This document shows, in pieces, positions 27,187-36,155 of a DNA stretch of 64,000 bases. The notes under the pieces were generated by a model. That model saw nothing but the letters and a program-made list of their open reading frames with translations, was not told where the DNA came from and made no database searches. Each line of letters starts with the position of its first letter. Within the stretch, counting starts at the first letter, position 1. The stretch comes from Patescibacteria group bacterium (GTDB taxonomy: Bacteria; Patescibacteriota; Patescibacteriia; UBA9934). The translations under genes were made by a program, and so were the position numbers. The stretch spans positions 31,161 through 95,160 of the forward strand of contig JBAYHI010000004.1 in the NCBI GenBank assembly GCA_041666205.1, in the 5' to 3' direction.

Positions 27187-28380
27187 TCAAGAGTGATAAG
27201 AATGCGCAAATGCGCCCACAATTGCCACCAGTGTAAGCCCGCTCCAGAACGTCAAAAGATAGTGGTCCAATAATAAAATTGGACAAAGTGCGATGAGCGG
27301 TGCCCACGCAATCGAGAGCTTCTTTTTTTGAAAAAGAAAAATAATTCCAATCACGAGTAATCCTACCCCGACAAGTCCAATATCTGACAACAGTAAAAGG
27401 ACCGTATTGTGAATGGGCTGATATTCCCAAACGGTTTGCCCCGGCAGTGCATCCTCAAGCGCGAGCGGATAACTGCCGATTCCATGACCCACAGTCCACC
27501 CGCCCTGCATCGCATCCGGCCACGTGGCATATTGTGCTAAGCGCTCCGACGTTGATTGCGTTTCGGAAAATGCAAAAAATCCAATGAGAAGTGCAAGCAG
27601 AATCCCCGAAACCCCCATCCAAAGTGAGGCGTGTTGTTTTTTGACCATCCAAACCACTCCGAAAATTCCACACCCTGCAAGAAGCGCAAACCACGCACTT
27701 TGCGATGCGGTGAGAAGTAACCCCGCGATGAGGACAGAAAAAATCCCGTAAAAATAAATTCGTTTTTCCTTCCACGCATTGCGGATGATCCAAAAAAGAA
27801 TGGTCGCGAGCGCAAGAACTCCGCCAAAAATATTTGGATGCGAAAATGATCCATAGGCGCGCAAAATTCTTGCGCCTTCTGGAAAAAGAACTGCATCCCC
27901 CGGGCGCATAGCGTCTCGACTCGCAAGCCCGAGCCAACTCGAGGCCGGCGAGAATCCGAAAAGCATTTGAAATATCCCAAGCAAAATTGGCAGAAGAAGC
28001 CCCAGTGCAAACGATGAAATTGCGTACGTCCAGTTCACCCATGGTTGGACAAGCAAAACAAATAAGAACCCAGCCGACACAAGATGAATGCATTGCGCGA
28101 GCGAAAAAATTGGATCAAGCGCAAATAAAAATGACAATGCGAATGCGAGCGCCACACTCCCGAGTCCAATCAGCTGATGACGCGAGAGCGCAATGTGCTT
28201 TTTGAAAAGCGCAAAAACAAAAATCCCAAACAAAAGAATTTCCGTTGCGTACAAACTCATCACTAAAAATTGCGATACCTCTCCGGAGATTTCTACACCT
28301 CCAAACATCCATCGCGTTTGCCATGGCAATAGGAATAAAAAAACGCACAGACCATAATTTAGTATCCGTTCTGCTGACAT
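27187..28380 (-). CDS. O-antigen ligase (Wzy_C) family membrane protein
   Basis: About 12 TM helices, periplasmic loop RAYGSFSHPNIFGGVLA. Confidence 0.7.
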   Translation of the reverse strand: MSAERILNYGLCVFLFLLPWQTRWMFGGVEISGEVSQFLVMSLYATEILLFGIFVFALFKKHIALSRHQLIGLGSVALAFALSFLFALDPIFSLAQCIHLVSAGFLFVLLVQPWVNWTYAISSFALGLLLPILLGIFQMLFGFSPASSWLGLASRDAMRPGDAVLFPEGARILRAYGSFSHPNIFGGVLALATILFWIIRNAWKEKRIYFYGIFSVLIAGLLLTASQSAWFALLAGCGIFGVVWMVKKQHASLWMGVSGILLALLIGFFAFSETQSTSERLAQYATWPDAMQGGWTVGHGIGSYPLALEDALPGQTVWEYQPIHNTVLLLLSDIGLVGVGLLVIGIIFLFQKKKLSIAWAPLIALCPILLLDHYLLTFWSGLTLVAIVGAFAHSYHS

Positions 28381-29249
28381 AGACGCGCTATATGATCGCG
28401 CACGTCTTGGCGTCGATCATTCAAATGAAATTTAAGCATGTGATCATTGATGAGCACATTGCTTGATTGATTTGCAATGGAGGTGATATCTCTCGGGAGC
28501 CAACGCGTCTGTACCCACGCAGCCAACCGTTCCGGGCACAGACTGGGCAAAAACCACGAGCGCGTTTTTTTCATGCGTGCACATCGCCACCCGTAGCCCG
28601 CATGCGGAAGCTCAACCCCTGCCCACCTATTCTTTTTGAAAAATGCGTCAAACACGCCCGGCTCACGTTCATACACGGGCACAAGGGATTGCATCCACGT
28701 TGATAAATATGGATCTCCGCCTTCGAGACGCAACATCGAGAAATCTTCTGCATCGCTGTCGGCAAAAAAACTCACATCCACCGGATTGCGTTTTGTTTCA
28801 TGCGGGCGCAACCGCAAGAGCATAAGCGGGAGCACAGCCATCAGGCGCGCACTCCAAACGCGATTGCGATGGACCAAGACAAAAAAATCAATATCACTTT
28901 CCGGACGCGTAAAATGCAGTGGCAAATTATTGCACAGCGCCACGCCTCGCACCCACGGAATTTTTGAAAGATAAAAAAGAACACGGCGCGCACGTCGTTC
29001 TTTTTGCATCGCATTCACATAGCGATCGTGGCGATCCAGAATTTGTGTTTTGAGATCCCCCAGTCCCCAATACAATCCCTCGTGCGCGATGCAAGAAATC
29101 GTGTTTGATTCGAGTATTTGCAAAACCTCCTCAAAAGAAATATCCAACGTGCGGAGCCATTTCCATATTTCAAACGCGGTGAGCGGATATCCAAAAAAAG
29201 AAAAATACGCGATCACCTCAATAATCTGTTTTTCAGGTGCGTTTAGCAT
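28359..29249 (-). CDS. nucleotidyltransferase-fold protein (pol-beta superfamily), function unknown
   Basis: GVALCNNLPLHFTRPESDIDFFVLV fits the hG[GS]x9-13Dh[DE]h core, with a third acidic cluster VDVSFFADSD. Start taken at the internal Met; coordinates approximate. Confidence 0.6.
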   Translation of the reverse strand: MLNAPEKQIIEVIAYFSFFGYPLTAFEIWKWLRTLDISFEEVLQILESNTISCIAHEGLYWGLGDLKTQILDRHDRYVNAMQKERRARRVLFYLSKIPWVRGVALCNNLPLHFTRPESDIDFFVLVHRNRVWSARLMAVLPLMLLRLRPHETKRNPVDVSFFADSDAEDFSMLRLEGGDPYLSTWMQSLVPVYEREPGVFDAFFKKNRWAGVELPHAGYGWRCARMKKTRSWFLPSLCPERLAAWVQTRWLPRDITSIANQSSNVLINDHMLKFHLNDRRQDVRDHIARLCQQNGY

Positions 29250-30258
29250 AGGAAGCGCCTTTTGAAATCGCTGCGTTTCCTCCCACACGTAAAAGATGCA
29301 CCACGCCAATCACAATAAAAATCAAATCACGCAAGCGCACAATAAAGGTAAACGCCACGCCATTGAGGGGAATCCCAAGCGCTGCAAATACGCTCGTATA
29401 GCTTCCTTCGTAGAGCCCCAGACCACCCGGAATTGGAAGCAAAAGCACAAGCCCCGGAATCGTGGCTCCAAGAAATGCCTGACCAAACGTTAAATCCACG
29501 CCAAAAAAATGCGATAAATAAAACATCTCAATCACGCGGAAGCTCAAGGTACAAAATGAAAGAACCGTCACAAGAACAAGAAGCCAAACGCTTTTTTGTA
29601 AAAACGCTGCCATCATGGTTTCCATTTCAACAATCCACTGCGCGAGCGTTTTAATCCGTTTGGAGCGCACGCGCATCAATCGACGCGCCAAGGGCGACAA
29701 GAACCCCCAGCCCCATTTGAGCGTAGAAAAAAACAAAAGCAAAAATCCCAAAATGACTCCCAAAATTCCAACCGCCACACCCACATCTAACCCTTCGAAA
29801 TTTCCAAGCACGGCAAATCCAAATCCAGCCATGACAAAAAGCACAAACGCCACAAGCTCAAACGCAATGTCGAGTGTGACCGCACTCGTACCCGCTTTCA
29901 CTGGCACGCCATCGAGCGATAGCATGGCAATACGCGCGGGTTCGCCCGCAACTTGCGCGGCCGGAGTAAGATAACCAATCGCGTAGCCGGTCATGCGGTG
30001 CATATACAAGCGCCAGAAAGAAATTTTTTGGTCCTTTGGAAGATGTGCTCGCAAAATCAGATACCAGCGCCACACATAGACCGTAAAATTCACAAGTGAC
30101 AAAAAAACATATCCCGCAAATGGGAGGACCCCAAATAACAGGATATTGGATACAATCGTTCCTAATCCTTCACGCTGAACGAGCCATGCAAGTAACCCCG
30201 CTCCCAATAAAAAAGAACCAACAACAAGCAGGGTGTGGAAAATCTTGCGACGTGGCAT
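29233..30258 (-). CDS. flippase-like / lysylphosphatidylglycerol-synthase TM-domain family membrane protein
   Basis: Multi-TM protein beginning MPRRKIFHTLLVVGSFLLGAGLLAWL; alternative start at 30315. Confidence 0.65.
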   Translation of the reverse strand: MPRRKIFHTLLVVGSFLLGAGLLAWLVQREGLGTIVSNILLFGVLPFAGYVFLSLVNFTVYVWRWYLILRAHLPKDQKISFWRLYMHRMTGYAIGYLTPAAQVAGEPARIAMLSLDGVPVKAGTSAVTLDIAFELVAFVLFVMAGFGFAVLGNFEGLDVGVAVGILGVILGFLLLFFSTLKWGWGFLSPLARRLMRVRSKRIKTLAQWIVEMETMMAAFLQKSVWLLVLVTVLSFCTLSFRVIEMFYLSHFFGVDLTFGQAFLGATIPGLVLLLPIPGGLGLYEGSYTSVFAALGIPLNGVAFTFIVRLRDLIFIVIGVVHLLRVGGNAAISKGASYAKRT

Positions 30259-30322
30259 AGTGTCCCTATTGTAAAACAAAATGCGCGCAACCGCCACCAA
30301 GGCCATTGCGCGCATGTTCTCT

Positions 30323-31063
30323 TTATTTCTTTTCTTCCACCGCCTTCTTTTTTGACGGGAACATGATGAGATAGGTCACGATCGATACGAGTGTTGTTGC
30401 GAGCCAATAGAGCATCACGCCACCTGGAAGCGACGTCACTCCAATGACGAGCGACATGACCGGCATCACATAAAGCATGGTCTTGCTCATTTGCGCGGCC
30501 ATATTTTCGTCCATCGCGCCTTTTTTCTCGCGCACTTCTTTTGCCGGCTGACGCGCCATGGTTTGTTTCACCTGGAAGTATTGTGAGGCCGCTGCAAGAA
30601 TAGCCAGAGGAATGGAAACGACTGACAAATCCATGAACCCCAGGAACATCGGCTCAATCACGCCCGGATTTGAAACAAAGGAATAGAGCATGGTTGCGTC
30701 CACGGCGCCGAGTCCGTTGCGAAGCGCCTGGAAGAGTCCAATGAACACGGGAAGCTGAATGAGAAGTGGCAAACAAGATGCGAATGGATTCACCTTGTGC
30801 ACTTTGTAAACGGCCATGAGTTCTTGCGCCATCTTCTCTTTGTCGTCTTTGTATTTTGTTTGAATCTCTTTGATCATCGGCTGAATCTCTTGCATGTCCT
30901 TCTGGGACTTCATGGATTTGTACGTGAGCGGGAACAAAATTCCACGAATGATGATGGTGAGAATGATGATGGCAAGTCCCACGCCACCAAATGGCAAAAT
31001 GTCGTACAAGAAAACAAGCAAGTTATAAATCGGCTGATAAATAACCAGGGTAAATATTCCCAT
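30323..31063 (-). CDS. yidC: membrane protein insertase YidC (short form)
   Basis: 246 aa; LQLPVFIGLFQALR and the conserved YidC/Oxa1 core. Confidence 0.85.
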   Translation of the reverse strand: MGIFTLVIYQPIYNLLVFLYDILPFGGVGLAIIILTIIIRGILFPLTYKSMKSQKDMQEIQPMIKEIQTKYKDDKEKMAQELMAVYKVHKVNPFASCLPLLIQLPVFIGLFQALRNGLGAVDATMLYSFVSNPGVIEPMFLGFMDLSVVSIPLAILAAASQYFQVKQTMARQPAKEVREKKGAMDENMAAQMSKTMLYVMPVMSLVIGVTSLPGGVMLYWLATTLVSIVTYLIMFPSKKKAVEEKK

Positions 31064-31064
31064 A

Positions 31065-32318
31065 TTATTCTGCGACTTCAGGGGTTTGAAGCTCTTGTGC
31101 AGGCGCTTCCGCGACTTCCTCGGTGGCGATATCTGCAGGTTTTTCCTCTGGACTTACACTCACGCGCCAGCCGGTGAGTTTTGCCGCAAGCCGAACGTTT
31201 TGCCCACCACGACCAATTGCAAGTGACAATTGATCTTCAGCAACAAGCGCGGTCGCCACTTTTTCTTCTTCATGCAATTCAATTTTCACAACCTTGGCTG
31301 GTGAGAGCGCTGCGGTGATAAATTCTTCAATATCATCATTCCATTCAATCACGTCAATTTTCTCCCCACCGAGTTCGGCGATAATGGTTTGGATACGTAC
31401 TCCGCGCTGACCGATGCAAGCACCAATCGGGTCCACCGATCGCTCCGTACTTGCAACAGCAATTTTTGTGCGAGATCCAGCTTCACGTGCAATAGCTTTA
31501 ATTTCAATGGTGCCTTCCGCGACTTCTGGAATTTCAATTTCAAATAAGGCACGCACCAATTCTTCGCTGGCGCGGGAAAGCATAATTTGTGGCCCGCGGG
31601 TGCCAAGGGCGACTTCGCGCACAAATACTTTGATGCGATCGCCGGAATTATAACGCTCGGTTGGGATTTGATCTTCTGGCAAAATCACGCCAACCGTGCG
31701 ACCAAGATCCACTAAAACAAGGCGTCCTTCTCGACGCTGAACCGTCCCAATGAGAACCTGACCTTCTTGTTCTTTGAATTCGTTAAAGACAATTTCGCGT
31801 TCTGCCTCGCGCAATTTTTGCGTGATCACTTGTTTGGCAGTCATGGCAGCCATACGACCGAATTCTCCTGGAAGCGGCAACTCGGTGCGCATAACGTCGC
31901 CAACAGCGGTGTCAAATTTCAAGACGCGTGCGTCAGAGAACATGATTTCGGTTTTTGGATTGAATTTTGGCCCTTCTTCTCCTGCTTCAACGAGCTCTTC
32001 GCGCTCTTCATCTTCGGGCATCATGAATTTGCCTTTCGCTGCCTCGCGCGCTTCACGCTTGGCTGTTTCTTGCGCTTGCTCTTGGCGCATTTTTTCCATT
32101 TCTTCTTCTGGCAAATCCTCCACAACGGTTTTTACGTCAAACGCGCGAACCGAACCATTAGTTGGATCAAATTCAATTTCGATATTTTGCATCTTATTGC
32201 CGTAATCTTTGCGATACGCGGCAGCAAGGGCGCTTTCGATGGTTTCCATGACCGCTTCATAGGAAAGACCTTTTTCTTCACAAATTTGGCGGATGGCTTG
32301 TTCGATTTCTGATGACAT
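31065..32318 (-). CDS. nusA: transcription termination/antitermination factor NusA
   Basis: S1 and tandem KH region (GACIGQRGVRIQTI). Confidence 0.9.
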   Translation of the reverse strand: MSSEIEQAIRQICEEKGLSYEAVMETIESALAAAYRKDYGNKMQNIEIEFDPTNGSVRAFDVKTVVEDLPEEEMEKMRQEQAQETAKREAREAAKGKFMMPEDEEREELVEAGEEGPKFNPKTEIMFSDARVLKFDTAVGDVMRTELPLPGEFGRMAAMTAKQVITQKLREAEREIVFNEFKEQEGQVLIGTVQRREGRLVLVDLGRTVGVILPEDQIPTERYNSGDRIKVFVREVALGTRGPQIMLSRASEELVRALFEIEIPEVAEGTIEIKAIAREAGSRTKIAVASTERSVDPIGACIGQRGVRIQTIIAELGGEKIDVIEWNDDIEEFITAALSPAKVVKIELHEEEKVATALVAEDQLSLAIGRGGQNVRLAAKLTGWRVSVSPEEKPADIATEEVAEAPAQELQTPEVAE

Positions 32319-32427
32319 AGAAAAATTAATTCAATTGTATGGACGTGGTTTTCTTTGAAAATGAACCCGGCAGATCGCCGAGTTCACCAATGGCCGGACA
32401 ATATCATAAGAAACCAAAATTGGCAAG

Positions 32428-32784
32428 TTATCCCCCGATTCCCTCAATAATTTCCACATGCGGAGGGTCTCCCCATTCAATTGCCACCACATCCATCCGC
32501 CACGGAGTCTCTTCCAAATGATGCTCACGGAGATAAAACTCGACCGCACGCATGAGTGCACGGATTTTCCGGTTTGTAACAGCCTCTTCGGGATATCCAA
32601 ACGTATGGGTCTGGCGCGTTTTTACCTCAACAAAAACGATCTCATTGCCATCTTTGGCAATCAGATCGATTTCTCCCCCTTTTGTTTGATATTGACGTTC
32701 CAAAATCTGCAGTCCCTTTTTTCGGAGTTCACGCTCTGCAAGTAGCTCGCCACGGTCTCCAAAAACCCTGCGAGGCGTTTTCAT
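32428..32784 (-). CDS. yraN: YraN family (UPF0102) endonuclease
   Basis: GGEIDLIAKDGNEIVFVEVKTR core; start set 1 nt after the upstream stop. Confidence 0.75.
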   Translation of the reverse strand: MKTPRRVFGDRGELLAERELRKKGLQILERQYQTKGGEIDLIAKDGNEIVFVEVKTRQTHTFGYPEEAVTNRKIRALMRAVEFYLREHHLEETPWRMDVVAIEWGDPPHVEIIEGIGG

Positions 32785-32788
32785 ATGC

Positions 32789-33205
32789 TTATGAGCGGCG
32801 ATTGGATCGTGGAAGATAGGCGTTGAATGCAGCCTGCTTTTCTCGTTCTGCCTGAAGCGCAGGCGCTTTCTTTTTGGTGTAATAAACAATCCATCCAATC
32901 CAGCCTGCAACCCCAGCAATCCAGAGCAAGAACCAGAAGCGCGCCCCAAGGAAGTAAACAAGTTCGTAGGTGAAGAAAAACCACACAAGCCCCAGAATCC
33001 CCATTACGAAAAACATCCGAGCAATCGAGAAATAAACTTTTTTCATTTCCGGATCGGCTTTTTTATTGCGCGCAACCATGCGAGCAATCGAGCCCACAAT
33101 CACAAATCCACTGAAGAGGAAAAAGAAAATCTGTGAGTAAACCGGGCTAAGACCATTTGGGAAAAGCGCGAACCAGAAGCTCAAGTCAAAAATGGGTGAT
33201 GTCAT
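32789..33205 (-). CDS. small membrane protein
   Basis: 4 predicted TM helices; ORF-track N-terminal extension overlaps the methyltransferase gene. Confidence 0.5.
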   Translation of the reverse strand: MTSPIFDLSFWFALFPNGLSPVYSQIFFFLFSGFVIVGSIARMVARNKKADPEMKKVYFSIARMFFVMGILGLVWFFFTYELVYFLGARFWFLLWIAGVAGWIGWIVYYTKKKAPALQAEREKQAAFNAYLPRSNRRS

Positions 33206-33218
33206 AGGTGGCAAAATA

Positions 33219-33788
33219 TTAGCGCCCGCGGGCCGGGGCGTCAAGGAAGGAGCACTGATAGCCCCAATGCGTCTCTGGAAGCGCAAGCCACTTGAGGCGT
33301 CGGACGCCCGCTTGTGCGAGATGTCGACGCGCCTCGTAAACATCCATCCGACGCTCAGCTGGTGGAGCCACCGGATGGGCAATTTTTTTCTGCCAATCCA
33401 CAATCACAAGCGAACCGGATGGCTGAAGCACGCGCTTCACTTCTTGAAGTGCCGCGGCAAAATCCCCAGTCTGCCACAAGTTATTCACAAAAAAGACCAC
33501 ATCCACAGAATGATCTGGAATCGCAATGCCGCGTGGTATCTCATAATTTCCCCACACATAATCAACGTTTGTGCACCCGTGATGTGCGCACGTTCCCCGA
33601 AGCATATGCAAATGCGCCGGCACAAGATCAACTGCATACACGTGGCCATCTTCTCCAACCACACGAGAAGCTGGCACCACCAAATGTCCATGACTTCCAC
33701 ACCCAAAATCCGCAACCGTCATATTGCGTTCCACTCCGCCGTCGCGAAGCAAGTGATAAGCATGAAGTAACGTGCTCCCTGCGCTCAT
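33219..33788 (-). CDS. class I SAM-dependent methyltransferase
   Basis: Motif I VADFGCGSHG. Confidence 0.75.
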   Translation of the reverse strand: MSAGSTLLHAYHLLRDGGVERNMTVADFGCGSHGHLVVPASRVVGEDGHVYAVDLVPAHLHMLRGTCAHHGCTNVDYVWGNYEIPRGIAIPDHSVDVVFFVNNLWQTGDFAAALQEVKRVLQPSGSLVIVDWQKKIAHPVAPPAERRMDVYEARRHLAQAGVRRLKWLALPETHWGYQCSFLDAPARGR

Positions 33789-33789
33789 A

Positions 33790-34047
33790 TTATTTCACTC
33801 CAAAAAGACTCATAATCATCCCGCCAAATACGACATCAAATAAATCCGTGGTAATAATAAATCCCACAATAATCACCAGCACTCCCATGAGTTTATAAAA
33901 CGTCCGGGTGCCTCCGCCGCCAAATGTCCGCTCAGCCCAGGCATTCATGCCAATCATTTCAATGGCCCAACTTGTTTTCCAGACCATAAGAATCCCAATG
34001 GCTGAAATAAAAATTCCCAGGAGGATTTGCTTGAGCATAGACTTCAC
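33790..34047 (-). CDS. small membrane protein
   Basis: 85 aa with two hydrophobic helices. Confidence 0.5.
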   Translation of the reverse strand: MKSMLKQILLGIFISAIGILMVWKTSWAIEMIGMNAWAERTFGGGGTRTFYKLMGVLVIIVGFIITTDLFDVVFGGMIMSLFGVK

Positions 34048-34108
34048 TCATTATGCCACAAACAGAAAGGAGTCGCTAACCTCCGCGACCCCACGCTCCA
34101 CACCCAGT

Positions 34109-34456
34109 TCATAGCCACCGCCGAATTCTCTCTGCAGTCGGCAGCAACCACGAATTCGTAATGCCCCGTCGTTGAAGTTCACTCCGAAATCCGTTAATCG
34201 TCATTCGGAGTTCAGCAAGCGCCCAGACAAGCTCTTGGGCGTGCCGATGCATTTCTTCCCAATCCCGCGCATCCTCGGGATGATTGAAATGGACAAGGGC
34301 AAGCATTGCCCGCACGAACTTGATGCGCCAGGTATCGCCTGAGCGAATTTCCTGACACTCTCGCACGATGAGCGCGGCGACATCTACGTCACCATCATGA
34401 CCTCGTACGCCATCCACGTTCCCTCCTATGGCAGTGACACACGATTGTGGCTCCAG
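34109..34456 (-). CDS. hypothetical protein (moderately GC-rich)
   Basis: In-frame Met (MLEPQSCVTAIGG...) downstream of the tRNA-Val terminator. The rest of ORF 34109..34966 is discarded because it runs through tRNA genes. Confidence 0.35.
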   Translation of the reverse strand: MEPQSCVTAIGGNVDGVRGHDGDVDVAALIVRECQEIRSGDTWRIKFVRAMLALVHFNHPEDARDWEEMHRHAQELVWALAELRMTINGFRSELQRRGITNSWLLPTAERIRRWL

Positions 34457-34523
34457 CATCTCTACTGTAGTCCGCGCCGGAGAAAAGTCAAACAAAAAAG
34501 CGGCAGGTGACCTGCTGCTTTCT

Positions 34524-34600
34524 TGGTGGATGCCAAGGGATTCGAACCCCTGACCTTCTCGGTGTAAACGAGACGCTCTAACCAGCTGAGCTAGGCATCC
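34524..34600 (-). tRNA. tRNA-Val (anticodon UAC), CCA encoded
   Basis: Cloverleaf GGATGCC...TCTCG-TTTACAC-CGAGA...GGCATCC-A-CCA. Confidence 0.9.
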
Positions 34601-34697
34601 ATGAAATGTGGAGGCAATATAGCAGAAAAAAATCATTTTGACAAGGGATCGGCGTTGACGAATCCTGGAAAACAGGTTATAGTCATGCCGCAAATAT

Positions 34698-34784
34698 GCG
34701 GACGTGGCGGAATTGGTATACGCGCTAGCTTGAGGGGCTAGTGCCTTCACCGGCTTGAGGGTTCGAGTCCCTCCGTCCGCACCA
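34698..34784 (+). tRNA. tRNA-Leu (anticodon GAG), long variable arm, CCA encoded
   Basis: GCGGACG acceptor, anticodon loop TTGAGGG, T-arm GAGGG-TTCGAGT-CCCTC. Confidence 0.9.
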
Positions 34785-34815
34785 AAAATACCTGGATTTA
34801 TTCCGGGTATTTTTG
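34785..34815 (+). terminator. rho-independent terminator after tRNA-Leu
   Basis: TACCTGGATTTATTCCGGGTA hairpin followed by TTTTTG. Confidence 0.55.
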
Positions 34816-34892
34816 TATGACTCGAGCAAGCCAACTGCTTGGCTTGCGAAGGGACTCGAACGCCGGAGCCATATTCTGCCACCAGGCAGAAT

Positions 34893-34966
34893 GGCGAGGC
34901 GGTGGCTAGGCCAAAGCGAGTGACGACGAGCTTTGAGCCGAAGCCGAGTCCCTCCGTCCGCACCAT
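34893..34966 (+). pseudogene. degenerate partial copy of tRNA-Leu; its last 21 nt duplicate the 3' end of tRNA-Leu(GAG)
   Basis: 34946..34966 is identical to 34764..34784 (CGAGTCCCTCCGTCCGCACCA). Upstream part is recognisably tRNA-Leu-like but cannot fold as a tRNA. Confidence 0.55.
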
Positions 34967-35074
34967 CCCCCTTCGCTCAACTTTGTTGAGCTACGGAGGG
35001 ATAGTTGGAAAAATCATCTCATGCGAGGTGATTTTTTGATTTAGTGATAAACTTGGAATGAATAATTCTATTCT

Positions 35075-36049
35075 ATGAAGAAACTCCCCTCAAAGCCACC
35101 AATAAAACGATCACTCCAAGCCATGGTTGGCGCCTCCATGCTCATTACCGGATGCGACGAACCACCGGAATGGCTGACCCCACTCACCCCGGAAGAAAAT
35201 ACACTAATGACTGACTACGTTGACGTAGCCGAAATGGAGCAACAAACGGTCGCCAAACTTATCATAGCTACAGATATTCCCGTATTTGGTCTAGACGGGA
35301 TTGAGAGCAAGGAACAGGTCATTGCGGATATTCAAACCGTCACAGATAATTTGAAATTTTTGCACGAAGACGGTCGTATTTATACATATGATGACGAAGT
35401 ACTAAGACATCATTCGGATGCAGTTGCTTATTATCATGGCGTGTTTCGAGATAACGCCCCTTCAGATAAAAGTGTGCATGATTATATCGGGCTCAATAGA
35501 AATTTTGATTATTATTGGGGGCCGGACGTCCTCATGCACGAATCGGGCCATAATATTTTTGGAGGACATTCAAAAGAAATGGTTCGGGTACGTGATTTGA
35601 GAGAAGGTGGCGACCTTAGTATCACCGACGAAGTGTGGACGCAAACGATTATCGAAACGCATGACTTCCCCTATTTTTTAGGCGAATACTATGATGCTGT
35701 AGGTAGATTCTTATGGGGATTTGATGTGAGGAATGAATATTGGTTGGAACATACGATAGCTGCAGTGCAAAGTGGAGAGGCTTCCCCCAAAGAAGCTCGA
35801 GAGGAGTTTAATCGATTCTTTCTCACACCAGAAAGATACCCAGCATCCGGATTACACGGCTCTGATGAAGAAGAACTCTCAACATATGGAGTGGACAGGG
35901 ATGAATTTATTGAAGCATTTATGACACCCAGTTTGGATGCATACTTCAAGCAACAACACGACGAATTTTCACAGGAACTTGAAAAGGCGATCCGAGAGAG
36001 CAGTGAGGCAAGCACAGAAATCAAAAACCAAGGCCTCTTGCGACGCTAA
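35075..36049 (+). CDS. lipoprotein with HExxH zinc-metallopeptidase-like motif
   Basis: Signal plus lipobox MLITGC; HESGHNIFGGH. Confidence 0.7.
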   Translation: MKKLPSKPPIKRSLQAMVGASMLITGCDEPPEWLTPLTPEENTLMTDYVDVAEMEQQTVAKLIIATDIPVFGLDGIESKEQVIADIQTVTDNLKFLHEDGRIYTYDDEVLRHHSDAVAYYHGVFRDNAPSDKSVHDYIGLNRNFDYYWGPDVLMHESGHNIFGGHSKEMVRVRDLREGGDLSITDEVWTQTIIETHDFPYFLGEYYDAVGRFLWGFDVRNEYWLEHTIAAVQSGEASPKEAREEFNRFFLTPERYPASGLHGSDEEELSTYGVDRDEFIEAFMTPSLDAYFKQQHDEFSQELEKAIRESSEASTEIKNQGLLRR

Positions 36050-36051
36050 AG

Positions 36052-36081
36052 AAAAACCCGTCTCCTCCGAGGCGGGTTTTT
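36052..36081. terminator. bidirectional rho-independent terminator
   Basis: AAAAACCCGTCTCCTCCGAGGCGGGTTTTT. Confidence 0.6.
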
Positions 36082-36091
36082 CGTTTTTCAT

Positions 36092-36152
36092 GGACGTAGC
36101 ATCCTCCTTCGCTCTTCCAGCTTCGGTAGGACAGGCGCTACGTCCCTACGGC
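36092..36152. repeat. REP-like hairpin GGACGTAGC...GCTACGTCC-CTACGGC with a nested small hairpin in its loop
   Basis: Loop contains CCTCCTTCGCTCTTCCAGCTTCGGTAGG. Confidence 0.6.
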
Positions 36153-36155
36153 GAA

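Noticed and set aside
27455-28093. 212-aa minus-strand ORF in a different frame inside the O-antigen-ligase-like gene
   Set aside because: Alternative frame of the same region with Cys/Arg-rich low-complexity content. The 397-aa frame has a coherent multi-TM topology and the Wzy_C loop motif.
34109-34966. 285-aa minus-strand ORF
   Set aside because: It runs straight through tRNA-Val(UAC), its terminator and the tRNA-Leu partial duplicate. Only the 34109..34456 portion is kept, as a low-confidence CDS.
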